A stretch of 64,000 bases of DNA from Vicugna vicugna (lineage: Eukaryota): the NCBI GenBank assembly GCA_013265495.1, contig MU061579.1, positions 1,857,319 through 1,921,318 on the forward strand, read 5' to 3'. Made by a program: the position numbers and the translations under genes. Below the pieces are notes generated by a model. It was not told the DNA's origin. It did not search any database and saw only the letters and a program-made list of their open reading frames with translations. Within the stretch, counting starts at the first letter, position 1; the number at the start of each line of letters is the position of its first letter. Below, one piece after another: positions 1-13,493 of this stretch.

Positions 1-862
1 ATAGAGAGCCCAGAATAAACCCATACACCTACAGTCAATTAATCTTCGATGAATGAGGCAAGAATAAACAAAGAATATACAATTCAGCAAGTGGTGTTGG
101 TAAAGCTGGACAGCTGCATGTAAATCAATTAAGTTAGAATACTCCTTCACATCATACAAAAAAATAAACTCAAAATGGCTTAAAGACTCAAACATAAGAC
201 ATGATACTATAAACCTCCTATAAGAGAATATAGGCAAAACATTCTCTAATATAAATCATAGAAATGTTTTCTTGGATCAGTCTCCCAAGGCAATAGAAAC
301 AAAAGCAAAAATAAACAAATGGTACCTAATCAATCTTACAAGATTTGCACAGCAAAGGAAATCATAAATATAACAAAAAGACAACCTACAGACTGGGAGA
401 AAATATTTGCAAATGGTGCAAACTATAGGGCTTGCTTTTGAAAATATACAAATAGCTCATACAACTCAATATCAAAAAAACCCAAACAACCCAAGCAAAA
501 AATGGGCAGAAAACCTACAGAAACCTTCTTTGTTTCTCCAAAGAAGACATACAGATAGCCAAAAGGCACATGAGAAGATGCTCAACATCACTAATTATCA
601 GATAAATGCAAATCAAAACTACAATAAGGTATCACCTCATACCAGTCAGAATGGCCATCATCAAAAAGTCTACAAATAAATGCTGGAGAGGGTGTAGAGA
701 AAAGGAAACCCTCCTACACTTTTGATGGGGATGTAAGTTGGTGTAGCCATTATGGAGAACAGTATGACGATTCCTTAAAAAAGTAAAATAGACTTACCAT
801 ATGATCCAGCAATCCCACTCCTGGGCATATATCTGGAAAAGACCAAAAAAATAAAAATAAAA
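1..862 (+). mobile_element. LINE-1 ORF2 3' portion (relatively young, cetartiodactyl/camelid-like), frameshifted, 3'-truncated
   Basis: Contains typical L1 ORF2 C-terminal DNA: 'atagagagcccaga-ataaacccatacacctacagtcaattaatc', 'aaaataaactcaaaatggcttaaagac', 'ccagtcagaatggccatcatcaaaaagtctacaaa', 'gatccagcaatcccactcctgggcatatatc'. Ends in an A-rich tract at ~845-862. Confidence 0.93.
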
Positions 863-1489
863 ACCCTTTAATTTTAATTTCCTCTTTTTTGCTGCTTTTC
901 TTAAGAATATATAACTCAGTAGTATTTTGTGAACTACCTAAGAATCTCTTTTTTTAAAAATGGAAGAATTCAATGTATTCACAATCAATGATGATGCACA
1001 GACAATTATATTTCTTACATCTCAAATAATTTAAAAAAATTTGTTAGTTGTTTATTTTGTTTTTCTATATTTTGCTGGCCAGATAATTTTCTTAAGGAAA
1101 AAACCCTTGTGTTTTAGTCAACTATATTTTGAAGGGGTTGGGAGGTGGTAATAAACAACCTAATATCCCCATGTTTTCTAACAATAAGCAAAAAAAAGTA
1201 ATATAGTTCATAATTTCATTATACATCATGTTCTTAGTCTCTGTTCCCTGAACCATGTTCAAAGAAAAACATTTAATGAAGGCCATGTTAATCCATTGAA
1301 AGGGTTTGCCAGAGCATTGAGGGACTTCCCAATCTAGGCTATTTTTATTTCCATATTATGTTTACATAAGCGAGAGTCTACTGAATATTTAGGACTGCAA
1401 AATATGAGTGATTGTTTTCCAACTTCTGATTAACTGCCACCACCAACATTTCGTAGTTTAGTTCTGTTTTTCTTTTTTTAGGAATAATT

Positions 1490-1935
1490 CTGTTTTACCC
1501 AGCCTTGCTGCAGCACAATCACAGATACTCAGTGTCCTCAATAAAAAACATTTATTTCTCATGCACAACCTACATGGAAAGTTACACATCAGTTTCAGCA
1601 GCTCTACTATATGAGTCTGCTTATATTATTATCCAGGCTGAAGAAATAGCTCTTATTTGGATATGTTATGCTAGTGGCATAAGGACAAAAGCAAAAGAGA
1701 GAGCTGAATCTTACCCCGTGCTTAAAGCTTTCATTTCCAAGAGGGTATGTTCTATCTACTTTGATTCCATTGGCCAAAGCTAATCAAATGGTGAAGTAAA
1801 CGGTCAGTGGGTCAGGGACATAAAAATCTACCTACAGAAGGAACTGCAGGTCACATGGGAATAGGAGGAGATGGTTAATCCTCTTATACTGGATAGAAGG
1901 ACTGAATACTCAAGGACAATACTATGCTCTATGTC
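1490..1935 (-). mobile_element. MaLR solo LTR (old MLT1K/L-like), degraded
   Basis: 'gctgcagcacaatcacagatactcagtg...aacatttatttctca' and 'attccattggccaaagctaatcaaatgg' resemble the reverse complement of old MLT1 LTRs. Boundaries are approximate. Confidence 0.65.
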
Positions 1936-2689
1936 CATCCTTCTTATTAATTCTGAAGACCTCTTTTACTTTATCTTTCCTTCAGTGGCTACCTCCACTC
2001 TTAATCACACATACTTTTTTACTAATATTTTGTAACAAGAGAATTATGTCTCTCTGCCCACCACTACCCTCTGTCCCTGACTCAGACTCAAGACAAAACT
2101 ACCATAAAATATTTGAGACACTTTCTTTTGCTATATAATAGAAACAGTATCATGATAAGATTCTAATTACTTTTTACTAGTTGTCTCTAGATATTAGTCC
2201 ATTAGTTTTTGGTTTTATGTGCTGCAGTAATTCTATTATGATTCCTTTTCATTTTAGATAGCACACATAGTTCTAGAAGCTTGTAAGAAACTTCCTGTAC
2301 CTTTAGAGTGGAGAGATTTTATCATGATATGCTTTGTTTTATTTCTTTTCTCAATACTCATTCTTAAAATTCAGTGAACCATTTATTCTGCAGGCTTAAG
2401 CCTTTCTTTACATCAAAATAATTTTATTCTAGTATCTTTGATCAAATATTGCTTATTTTCCATCTGCATCTTTTCTCTTATGACTAGCATAATTATGTAG
2501 TCCCATTTGCTACACACAGCCCTAGTTTATGCCTGTGGTTTTAGCAAATTTATTAACATCCACCCCTTTTTACTAAGAGAAGTGTCCAACTTTGATAATA
2601 AATTATATGGTCATTCTACCTACAAATCTTACTATTTGCATATTGAACTGGAACTATTCTCTAAAAGCCTTGCTTTTCCCTCATAATAT

Positions 2690-3075
2690 TCATATGCAGT
2701 TGAACAAACTATTGCCTCCAATACGTAGCTACATTATTTTCCATGCAATTGCAGTTAGCCCACCAGAGGTGGGATAAAATTCCTGTCTCTTGGCTTTGGG
2801 CTCAGTTATACACTTCTTTTGTCCAATGGGGTGCCAGCAGATGTGATGAAAGCAAAACATGAAATCTGCTTGTGTCATGGGGCTTGGACTCTTGTTCCTC
2901 TTCAATCACTATGAGAAGACTATGTTCCTACTAGCACACTAGTCAAAAGAGAATGAATCACATCAGGATCAAATTTGGAACAATCTTTCATTTGAAGCCA
3001 AGTTCAGGTAAGCTCTGTCCACAAGAGTCAACGACTTCCAGGTAACTGACAGATACAGAAACAATACTAAATATC
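2690..3075 (+). mobile_element. MaLR solo LTR (MLT1I/J-like), degraded
   Basis: 'ctttgggctcagttatacacttcttttgtccaatggggtgccagcagatgtgatg' and 'cactatgagaagactatg' resemble the MLT1H/I/J consensus. Confidence 0.65.
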
Positions 3076-3399
3076 AGCAAAACCAGCAGATATACTCTTT
3101 TTATATTTTCACTTTAGAAATATAAACAAAATCTGAACATGGCTAACCTCGCCATGCTTGATGTGGGCTTTCCTGCACCACTCATTCTGCCTCACTTTGC
3201 TACGTATTTCCCTTTGGTCTCTTCCATGCAGCTAAGAAATAACCATAAACCTAAATCTGTTTCTTTTTCTTTCTTAATTTACAATGCAACCTGTACTTAT
3301 TTCTAAGGTATCCGCTAATGTTTCACTTCCTTAAAACAAACAAACAGAAAGTTATTTGTCATACCTGACCAGAATGGCTCAAATGGCTCTCAATGCTTC

Positions 3400-3560
3400 T
3401 TCCCTTCATGTTTCCTTATTTGTTATGAACTAATATATTGTTTGCAAAAATTTATTTAATGTGCATCTAGATAGTCTTAAGTTTCCCTGAAGCAATAAAT
3501 CATGTATGTTCTATGCAGCTCTATGTTCCTAGTAACAAATATATTCAATAAATATTAATA
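3400..3560 (+). mobile_element. L2 3'-end fragment
   Basis: 'aagtttccctgaagcaataaatcatgtatg...ttcctagtaacaaatatattcaataaatatt' resembles the L2 3' terminus. Confidence 0.5.
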
Positions 3561-6357
3561 ACTAATTCATATTTGACTACATATGATTCAACATTACAGT
3601 ATAGATTTGTATTTGTGGGAGAACAATGATACTAGGAAATAAAACATTGTGCTGAATTGTGTTTTTCAGTTCTTCTCCATCAGTTCCTTATTCCTGGCCC
3701 ACTATTTTATTTGTCTCAGCTGTTTAGTATATGGAAGTAGAGGTTTTTTTCATTTGTTATATATATTGTACACATAATTATCTCAAGCTTAAGTTCTTAA
3801 GCAAATGGGTATTAATTTTTTGAAGTTAAAACAACTTTTCAACTCAGGGTGCTTGCACTAAAAATATGGTAGCAGAAAATTTATTTTAGGTATGTCTTCT
3901 AATTAGTTTAATTTTCCATATAAGTCAGGATCATTTTAAAATAAGAAAAGATGGGAAATTTCTTTAGATGTATTCTATTAATGAATTATTTTCTTTATGC
4001 TTCAAATCTGGATAATGACTAGGCCATACCAGCACTGAGAAGGCTAAATGAAGAAAATATAAAAATACTTTATGAAATACATAGTACTATTCAATTTGTT
4101 ATCATTATATTAATATTAGCCCTGTGCAGATAGTGCTAAAATCATACATCTTTATTTTGTCATCTTATTTCAACTAAACATAAAAAAAAATTCTGCTTAT
4201 TTTTCTAAAATACTTTTTTGTCTCATAAATAATTATTACCCACAGAGTGCAGGTTATGTTCAAAGTCAGTGTTGTCAGAGAATGAAACTTTATTCAGAAT
4301 CATTTCCTCATAAGTCAGAATCTAATTGGCTGACAGAATACTTGAACTAGGGATTCTAGCTAATCATAGTTAAAATTTACTATCACTGTAAATCTGTGGG
4401 GGAAAAAAAGTGCTATGCATTTGAACTAGCAAAATTACATCTCCATTACATGTTCATTTTACAAACTGTTCTTTAGTTAACATTTTTATAAAAAAGATTC
4501 TTCCACTCAAGATCCTAATTAGAAACTATGACATTCCACAATCAGATCTGCCACCATTTAGTCACTCTTCCTTTTTTTCCCTGGCATTGGATTTTAATAG
4601 TCAGATTCCCCCATACTTTATGATTATGCAGGTAGGCTCTGAGACACACAGTGCTTAAAGTTTCGTACCAAATGAGGCTCTCTATCACACATATCGTTTG
4701 TAGGATAAAGAGAATAATAATAGGATGGATGCCTATTTGCTCCAGCAATGAACTGGTCTCTCAATAGCCACATGGTTATATCCTCTTGGAAACTTACAGC
4801 TTCAGTAAATTGAGGAACATATTTTAATATTGCCAAATAATACATTTCTTTGCAGCTAACATTTTATATTAGATATATAACTTTTATTTCCTGTTTGAAA
4901 AAATAGAATAACAAATTATAGTTCTCTTATTTAAAATACCGTTTAAAGTCCTATGTAATAAAATCTTAATTATTCAAATTATTCATTATGAGGTACACTA
5001 AAATATGCAAGGCATTTTAGTGGTATAAGTTCCAAATCCAACTTTAAAATATTCATTTCCAAGCTATGGATGGTTGTCAGAAAAAGCTGGAAAATAATCA
5101 AAACAGTCTTTGCGCTCTTTTAAATTTTACCACTTACAGTATCAAATTAAAACTTACTATTTCTGCACCTTTTCATAGTAAAAATGAATGATTTTCCTTT
5201 CATTTACATTCATGCATAAATAATCTCATTCTGCTTACTGTTTTCACTTAGCACTTCGCACAAGAAAATTAAAGACCTTGCTGAACTCCGAGAAGCATTT
5301 AGCACAATCAGCCATTTGTTCTTAGGACTACACAGCTATGCTAAGTTGATTTTTACTACTGTTGCATTTTGGAATATAAACATTACTGTATTTCTAGTCT
5401 AAAGGCAATGTTAGCTGAAATAAGAAATAAGAATTGTCAAGACAACTGGATTTTTTTATTTTAAAAAGGAAAATGGAAAGTTATAAAAATTTAAATAATG
5501 CTAACATAATTGTGGTTGACAGTGCAGGGAAAAAACAAACATTTTCACAAGACGCTTGAATCACAAGATAAATACCACTAAACCCCCCAAATTTATTGAA
5601 AATTAGATGCTGTTGAAAAATTCATTGTGTGATAAATAGAAGCAAAATGCTTTGTGTAAAAGAAAATCTTAAAGAATGTTTAAAGTCAAAGTGTATAGAA
5701 TTATACAGAAATTTTCTAAGGTACTACGAAGGACTTCTGTGAATTTGGATTACATATCCAGAGGCATCACATCATGAAGCTGCAAGATAATAGCCCCTTG
5801 CTATCCAATTATTTGTACTGCACTGTGAAAACTGCATACAATGTTAGGCACCTCATTTCTAACAAAATATAAAAAGCCAGACAGATTTCTGAAAAAAAAA
5901 AGTAAAAAACAAACCAACAGTAATGTTCAGAGATCTGGAGAGAGTATTTTTAATACGATAATGTTCACAGTGGTCTTTTTCTCACGTCTCCAGAACGTGA
6001 TTAGATGTATGCTCATCATGGATTCTGAGTAAGCACACAGTCTTTTGATACAGAAGAAAAGAAGAAATTTGCTTAAAATAAGATTATTTTTGTAGAATTT
6101 TCTAACCAGAAAGAAGCAATAGGATCACCTTATTCAACACCCTTATTTAAAAATGAGGAATTGGGGCCCAAAATTGTCACCCTAAATGAGTCCCTGGAGT
6201 CTGGTAGTGTCAGAACCAACATCAAAACCCACATTTATGATCATAAAAAAATTTTCCTAACTTGCCACATACTTTAACAAGCTCTAGTTAGTGCCATTTT
6301 ACTGAATTAATAGAACCACATTATTATATTTTTCCAAACACATTTTGGGCATTCTTT

Positions 6358-6592
6358 CTGTTAGAGCATACGGGCTTTGGTATAAGACAAACTAATTTCA
6401 GTCCATGTTCTATAACCTAGATGTTTGACCTTGGCCTATTTACTTATGTTTCCATTTTTCTCTTCTATAAAATGGAATTATTAATAGTGGTAACTTTATA
6501 GGTTTTTCTTGAGTATCATATGAGAAAATCGAAGTGACATGCTTACCCTAGAATCTGGCACATGATACAGTTTTCATCATTGCTGACTATTT
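6358..6592 (+). mobile_element. MIR SINE
   Basis: 'gttagagcatacgggctttgg...tgaccttggcctatttactta...tttctcttctataaaatggaatt...gaatctggcacatg' shows the MIR head, core and L2-like tail. Confidence 0.75.
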
Positions 6593-6679
6593 TTATGAAC
6601 TGTGGAAGAGAAGCTTAAGTAGGTAGGTGAAAAGTATTCTTTACACTTTACAGAAATTCTCCACTAAATAAATACAAAG

Positions 6680-9457
6680 AAAACCAGAGCTGGGAATATC
6701 ATAGCAAAGTCATTAAAAACCATGTACAAAATAAACTTTTAAAAACACACTACCTTCACATGAGTAACAAGAAAACTGGCAACTGATTTCTCAATAGAAA
6801 TCATGGAAGCCTGTTGACATTAAGGTGACATTTTTTAATGCTTAAGAAAAAATTTATTAGCCAGTCTAGAACTCTATACTCAAAAGAAATACTCTTCAAA
6901 AATAAGATTAAATTAATAAATTTCCAGACAAGCAAAAACTAAAACAGCTTCTCTTGTTGATCAAAAGTAGATTCTTCAAATAGAAAAAGGTGATCCCCAA
7001 AAGATGAACGTGATAAACCAAGCGATGAATTGTAATGGAATACTCGATTATTTGGGAAAATGTAAATGAATAGTGACAGTTTAAGTTTATAACAACAACA
7101 AAGTTTTGTGTGATTTAAAAACCATTTAAAATTTAGATATATTGCAATAACAATATAAATGGTGAAAGAATAATAGTAGGGATTATTTATCTTGTATGAA
7201 CTGTGTGTGTCAGGAAAGAAGTAATTATTCAGAAAAGCATTTTGTAATATTTATAGTAATCACAAAAGGATAATAAAAGAATGCATAACTAGAAAACAAA
7301 TACACAGGTAAAGTTAAAAAGGAATTAAAAAACAGAAAAAACAGAAAGCATAAGCTGTACAAGTTATATAAGAGATTTACAGTCAACTAGAGCAATAATT
7401 AAATATTAAATATAAATAAACACAAAAGATCAAGCAAAAAGCAAAATTTGTCAGACTGTATACAGAAGTGAAAGTCAAGCATATGCTCCTTGCAATAGAC
7501 ACATCTGAAATATGAGACATAGAAAATTTGAAAATAAAGGTATGCAAATATACATAACATGCAAATAGCAATCAAAGAAAGTTGGCATAGTTATATTTGA
7601 ATCAGAGAACCAGAGTTAAAGGAAAGATTATTTCTATCAATGTAAATGAATATTGCATAATGGTACAAGAATTCATTCAATAGGAACTACATGTATTCTT
7701 AATTTGTATACACATAAAAACACAGCTTCAAAATATTTAAACACTGACATAAATAATAAATAGTTACAACTATAGTCAAAATAGATATTTTAGCAAAATT
7801 TCCTCAGTAAATGATGGAGCAAGCAGACAAAACCATTAAGAACTATAAACTTCAAACAGCATGATTAACAAATTTGTCAAATTGAGATTCATAGAATACT
7901 TCCTCCACATTGTTTATAGGTATATATGGATCATTTTCCAAACTGCCATAAAACAAATGCCAACAAATTTCAAATGATAGAGATTATTTAGTTTGTTTTC
8001 TGCCTACGGAAGAACTAAGCTAGAAAACCAATAAAAGAAGAATGCTAGAAAATCCCGGAATACTAGAAAAGAAAGCAGTGCACATCTAAATAGTCCATAA
8101 GTCATAGGCAATTAGCAAAGAGGAAATTTTCTATACTAAATGATAATAATATTACATCAAAATGTGTGATGAAGCTAAACACATCGGAAGACTGAAAACC
8201 AAGGATTCAAGTATCCATCTCAATAAACTAGAAAAATAAAGAAGGGATTGATAAGGTAAAAACAGAAATCACTGACACAGGAAACAGAAAATAATAGAAA
8301 ATGATAGAAAAATCAATAAAACCAAAAGTTGGTTGTATAAAAAGATGAATTAGGAAAAAACAACATGACTTATTATGAAAAAATTATAAATTATTAATAT
8401 GAATGAAAAACATAACTCTAGATCCTATAGATATTGTAAGAGATATTAAAGTAATACCAACAACATTTAAACATTAATTTGAAATTTTAGATGACATAGA
8501 TAAAAATTTTGAAAGGCACAACTCATAAAACTTACACAAGAATAAATAGAAAATCTGAATTCTTCTATTTCTATATATAAATTAAATCTGTAACTAAAAA
8601 CCCAATCAGAAAGAAATTTCCTGAGCCAAACAAATTTTCCTGTGAATTACTTTAAACTCTATGGAATAATCTGCAGCAATTCTAAATATTTCCAGATATT
8701 ATAAAGAATCTGAGAAGTCCACAATTCATTTTATGAGATCAGCATAAATATAATTTAAAAATCTATGAAAAATACAAGGAAACTGAGAGATATATAAATG
8801 AAAAAAATAATACTTGAACCATCCCCACGATACACACAAAAATGAATTCCTCGTAGAAACTATGTAAAATACTTGTCGGCACTATTTAAAAGATAAATCA
8901 ATGGAACAGAAGAGTATCTTCCTAACTTTGGTATAAGTCAAAGTCTTAAGAAAGACTTCTGTTATGTTAAGAGACACCATTAAAACAGTGAAAAGGAAGC
9001 CCATATTTAATACCAATTACCAATAACAGACTTGAAGCCAGAACATAAAAAAGTATTCCACAATAGGAAAAGACAGACAACTCAGGAAAAAAGTGAAGAA
9101 GCCTCTTGCAACAGGTAAAAGAGAATGTTCAAACAGTCAATGAGCAGGTGAAATGCTATACAACCTTATTAGTGATAAGAGAAACACAAAAAAAACCAAA
9201 GTGATACTAATACACAGCACCAAAATGGCTAAAATTAAAAAGACTGGCATCACCCACAAATGGTATGGATGCAAGGAACTAGAATGCTTATATGCGCCTG
9301 TGGGAGTGTCAATTGTTTTAACCATTTTGGAAAAATATTTGGCAGCGTTTACTAAAATTGAATGCAAGCATTCTAGCATTCCCTATTAATCAGTAATTCT
9401 CATATCTGCATCATAGGATACATACAATAATGTTTATAGCAGTACCATTCCTATCAG
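6680..9457 (+). mobile_element. Ancient LINE-1 (L1ME/L1MD-like): end of ORF1, ORF2 and start of 3'UTR, with many deletions
   Basis: Purine/A-rich strand with L1 landmarks: 'actgatttctcaatagaaatcatggaagcc' (ORF1), 'atacatgcaaatagcaatcaaagaaagttggcatag' (endonuclease), 'agaaaatcaataaaaccaaaagttgg', 'caaaatggctaaaattaaaaagactggc...ttggaaaaatatttggca' (ORF2 end). Confidence 0.85.
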
Positions 9458-9899
9458 TGTGAAAATTAATAAAGGGAAACCTCACTTAGAGTGGAGTCAG
9501 GAAGCCCTGAAGGGAGATCTCACACTACCACTCTTTGCTGTCTGCTGACCCCCAAAAGGACGAGGTGCACCCTGCATCTCCAACAAGAAGAAGATTTCTA
9601 CTTTACTACCTCAGAAGGAGCCCAGCAACAGCCCCAGCCACTGACTTACCACCATCGCTTAGCCAATGAGAAACCATCACCACCCACCATTCTTGCTATC
9701 ATGCTCAGTGGACTTTCGATCAAGGCAGCCCCTCGCAACTTTTTATCTCTTCTCCAGAGAGTAACAGTTTTCTCCTATGTTTGCTGGAATTGCCTATGGT
9801 TTTGCCACAGTTTTCATGTCTTGAATTGCAATTCCTGTTATTCCTGAATAAACCCATTTGCCAATAAAATAACTGGCTATTTTATTTTAAAGATTGACA
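9458..9899 (+). mobile_element. ERV1-like solo LTR inserted in the L1 3'UTR
   Basis: TG...CA termini (tgtgaaaatt...gattgaca), CCAAT (agccaatg), AATAAA near the 3' end, and a 4-bp TSD tcag (9454-9457)/ttag (9900-9903). L1 sequence resumes colinearly after it. Confidence 0.85.
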
Positions 9900-9903
9900 T
9901 TAG

Positions 9904-10068
9904 CTACAAATTAAAAACACCCCAAACGCCCAGCATTATGGTTTGATCTTAATAAAGTCATGAAATAGTATGCAATACAGCAAACCACAAAAACATGTTG
10001 GAATTAGACTTCATATTGAAAGAAAAACACCAGCACACACACTCAGATGCAAACTGTATAGTCTCTTT

Positions 10069-10109
<41 letters not shown>

Positions 10110-10325
10110 TGGTTTGTAAAACAGGCACAATCCCTGAGCAGAATTCAGGGTAGTGATTACCTTTAGGGAGGGGTATCAGAGGGGCTTCTGGGAGCTGGCA
10201 TTTTTCTAATTTTTGACGTCAGTGGTGGTTGCACAATTGCAATCACACTGAATAAAATTATTGAGCTTAACATTTTATAGTGTATTCTTTTATATGTATA
10301 TGTGGGTACATTTTCAGAAAAAGGT
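9904..10325 (+). mobile_element. Continuation of the old L1 3'UTR
   Basis: 'ctacaaattaaaaacaccccaaacgccc', 'cagggtagtgattacctttagggag...ggggcttctgggagctggc...gtggtggttgcaca' match an L1ME-type 3' end. Confidence 0.75.
10071..10106. repeat. (GT)18 microsatellite
   Basis: Perfect GT dinucleotide run, read directly. Confidence 0.97.
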
Positions 10326-12084
10326 GTAAAGTATGTGAACACAAGCTCGTGTTATCTCTTGAATGTCCTTTGGATTCTTGCTTCCTAAAAAGCTTGTATT
10401 TTCTGTTTTTTTTTTTTTTCTGGCCTTTTGATATCCCACTTCTCATAGGTTAGTTTATAGTTTTGAGCCTCTCTCTGCCAACTTTTCAGCAGACACTTAA
10501 AATATCTATTCAAAGGCTACTGCCAAAGAATTTCTGCTCATGATATTCTACTGAAAACATGATTCTTTTCACTTGCTCTGAAGAATACATCTCCCATCTC
10601 ATCTGTTCAAAGCTTTTTAAAAATGCTTTTCCAAGGAACTCATGACTAACATCATTATTTTGATGTGAAAACAGCTAACATCTGTGGCTGAGGGAAAAAT
10701 AATAAAACGTGCTCCTGAAAGAACTTGTTCCGTGTACTATACAAGTTCTGTATTATCAGTGCTTGTACTTAGAGTCTGTTCTATTTACTTTTTCCAGCTT
10801 GGGCCAAAAAGAAGTGAAAAAAGAAAGTATTAACTCTGCTTATTCATAGTTCGTTTTTGTCACTGATGACAACCGACCTTCAAAAATTGATATTGGTTTA
10901 TTTGGAATTACTTATCATTTAGTTTTTTGTTTGTTTGTTTTTTGTTTTTTTACTAAAGTCAGCCTCCTGTCAGTCAGGAAGCTGTGTAGTCTTAGATCAA
11001 GTGAAGTGTTAGGTAGGATCCATGTGTCTGTATCCTTAATAAATTTTATTTTAGTGTTTTATGTGTTTAATCTATGGCATTTTATGGGCATTTTAATACA
11101 TATATGTTTTTAATTTTTTTAATTTAAAGCATTCTTAAGAAATAATTCTCTTCCAAAGTCCATTGGATGCCATGCATATTTTAATTATGTGCTGGGATTT
11201 GAGGATAGTACTTTACAATTAGAGGTACGTTATATCATAGAATCTTATGAATGAATTACTGTCATTTCATTGTAGTCAATAGAAAGTGTAAGCCTTATAC
11301 GTTAGTTTAATTAATCAAGCCATCATAGGATACACTATATAAGCATTTTTCATGAATACTACAGCAAAGACACATCTGAAATTCAAATGACCGTTTCTGT
11401 TTACCCAGAACTGTATTTGCTATGGGGGCAAGACAATAACTTAACGTTTACCCAAGTTATTTACAGCTGTTAATAATCCATCTATCAAATATACTAAAAG
11501 AAATGTATTCGTTATCTTAAACATTATCAGGTAAACCACGTTTTGCTGTCTGGGAGTTAAGTAAGAAGGAAGGCAGAATTAAGTCAGATCAACATCATTT
11601 CTCCTCCAAAAGCTTTTTAAAAGCATGAAGAGAAAATTATTAAGAAGCTTTTTCTGGTCTGTTAAATAGAGACGCTTCATCACATTTATGGGCCTAGAAT
11701 GTCATGTCTTTTGACTGAATAGAGATAATTTTAACAAGCTAGAATAGGATTAGAGAGAGTGATGAGAAATCTTTCCTTGGGATTGTGCTGGAAAAAGCTG
11801 AGAAGAAATGACTTGTCAGAGGATGTGCTCGCAAGGCTAATTTCTATGGCACATCCACTAAAGAAAGAAAACTAGAAATAAATACTATATAAAGAAATAT
11901 TTTTATTTTTTGAACAGACTTCTACCAGCCAAATTATTTCAAAATTGAGTATTGCAGGTCTTTTTGATAAAAAGAAATTCATCAATAAATAAATAACCGT
12001 GATTTTGTTAAAACCAGTTCAAGGAATATACAGTTTTAGTTCTGAGAGGACTTGAATACAGTGAAAGCCTCCACATCAAGGCAT

Positions 12085-13490
12085 CCTACTCTATTTATTT
12101 ATTAATAATTGAATGTTGAGTATCTACATTGTCACTGCATATCCTAGACACTTGGGAAACATAAACAGTGGTGTCTGCAATCAGAGACTTTACAAGATTG
12201 GCAGAAAGGGGCAAAAAATGTGGATGACAACACAGCAGGATAAGTGAAATAATAAGGATGTGGAAAGAGTGTAAGGGGGAATAACAGGGGGGAAAAGCTG
12301 TTTTATTTGAATCATAAAGAGTTTATTTTCCCGTGTAGAAAAAACTAATGCCACTAGCAGAAAAAGCACACAGAAGAGTGGTGAGATGAGAAGGCAAGGT
12401 TCTAGGGAATTACAAACAGTCCAGTCTGGATTGAGCACGTGTTACGAGGGGAAAATGTGAAGAGATGAATTTTGAGAAGGAATTAAAGAAGACATAAGAT
12501 ATCTTTGTAAGTACAGTAACGAGCATAGATTTAATCCCATTTGCAAAAGAGAGAGCCTTTGAAGAAATTCAAGAAGAGTGATTTGTGCCAACTTTTACAT
12601 TAGAAAGATCAACTGGGCCACAACGCAGGACATGAATTGGATGACAAGGGAGAAATAAAAGGGCAAGGCAGCTGTTTGGGAAAATCCAGTGATCTGAGAA
12701 ATCATTAGATCCTGGACCACAATAGTGGCAATGGAAATAGAAATAGGATGACGGTTCACACTAAAGACTTAGAATCAGCACCACTTAGTAATCATTTGGA
12801 TGTGCGTGGTGGAGAGAGATGAAAGTCATGGTAATCTACAAGTTGAAAGGGTTGCCAGCTAAGTGGGTAATACTGGTAATGTTCATCAAGAATAAAAAAT
12901 TTCAGTGAGAAACATGTTTAATGGAAAGTACAAGTTTACTTTGGACCTGCTGAGACTCAGATATAGGTGGCGATGATGCTGAGGTAACAGTGGACTTAGT
13001 TTCGGGAACTCAACAAAATGATCTGGACTAGACATGTTAATTAAGGAGTGCCACCAACGTTTCCCATTTTGGCATCACTGAAGTTAGGTGCTATTCCCAG
13101 AGGAAGCAGACATGAAAGATTTTAGAACCTTCATGAATACTAAAGCTTTAGGAATGTGAAATGGAAGAGGAAATTATGAAGCATTCAAGAGAAAGCACAA
13201 CAGGAAAACATAATCCTGTCACAGAATCCAGTGAAGGGGGGAGTTTCTGATGAAAAAATCCAATAAAAATCATGTAGCAGCTACGTTAATAAGATACGAA
13301 CAAAATGCCTTCAATGAATTTAGCCATAATCAGTTTTTTTGTGAACTTAATGGACAATTTTTTACTGTTATAGAAGTAATGGAAGCCAGATCCCTGTGGG
13401 ACAAAAAAACCAAAATAGTGAAAATCTGGAAGTAACACATATAAATCACATTTTTCAAAACCTGGCAGGGATGAAAAGACACAAGATAAG
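12085..13490 (-). mobile_element. LINE-2 (3' end and ORF2 part), resumes briefly after 15690
   Basis: 'tttattattaataattgaatgttgagtatctacattgtcactgc...ttggga' is the L2 3' end reversed. It is followed by typical purine-rich L2 antisense sequence ('tagaaagatcaactgggc', 'atttggatgtg', 'gaagccagat'). Confidence 0.75.
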
Positions 13491-13493
13491 TAA

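Noticed and set aside
407..679. 90-aa ORF
   Set aside because: It lies in frameshifted L1 ORF2 and is not a host gene.
5995..6029. Micro-exon-like 'ctccag|aacgtg...tctga|gtaagc'
   Set aside because: Only ~35 nt, the peptide is unrecognisable, and there are no partner exons. Expected by chance.
9491..9847. 118-aa ORF
   Set aside because: Entirely inside a solo LTR, with a non-ATG start.
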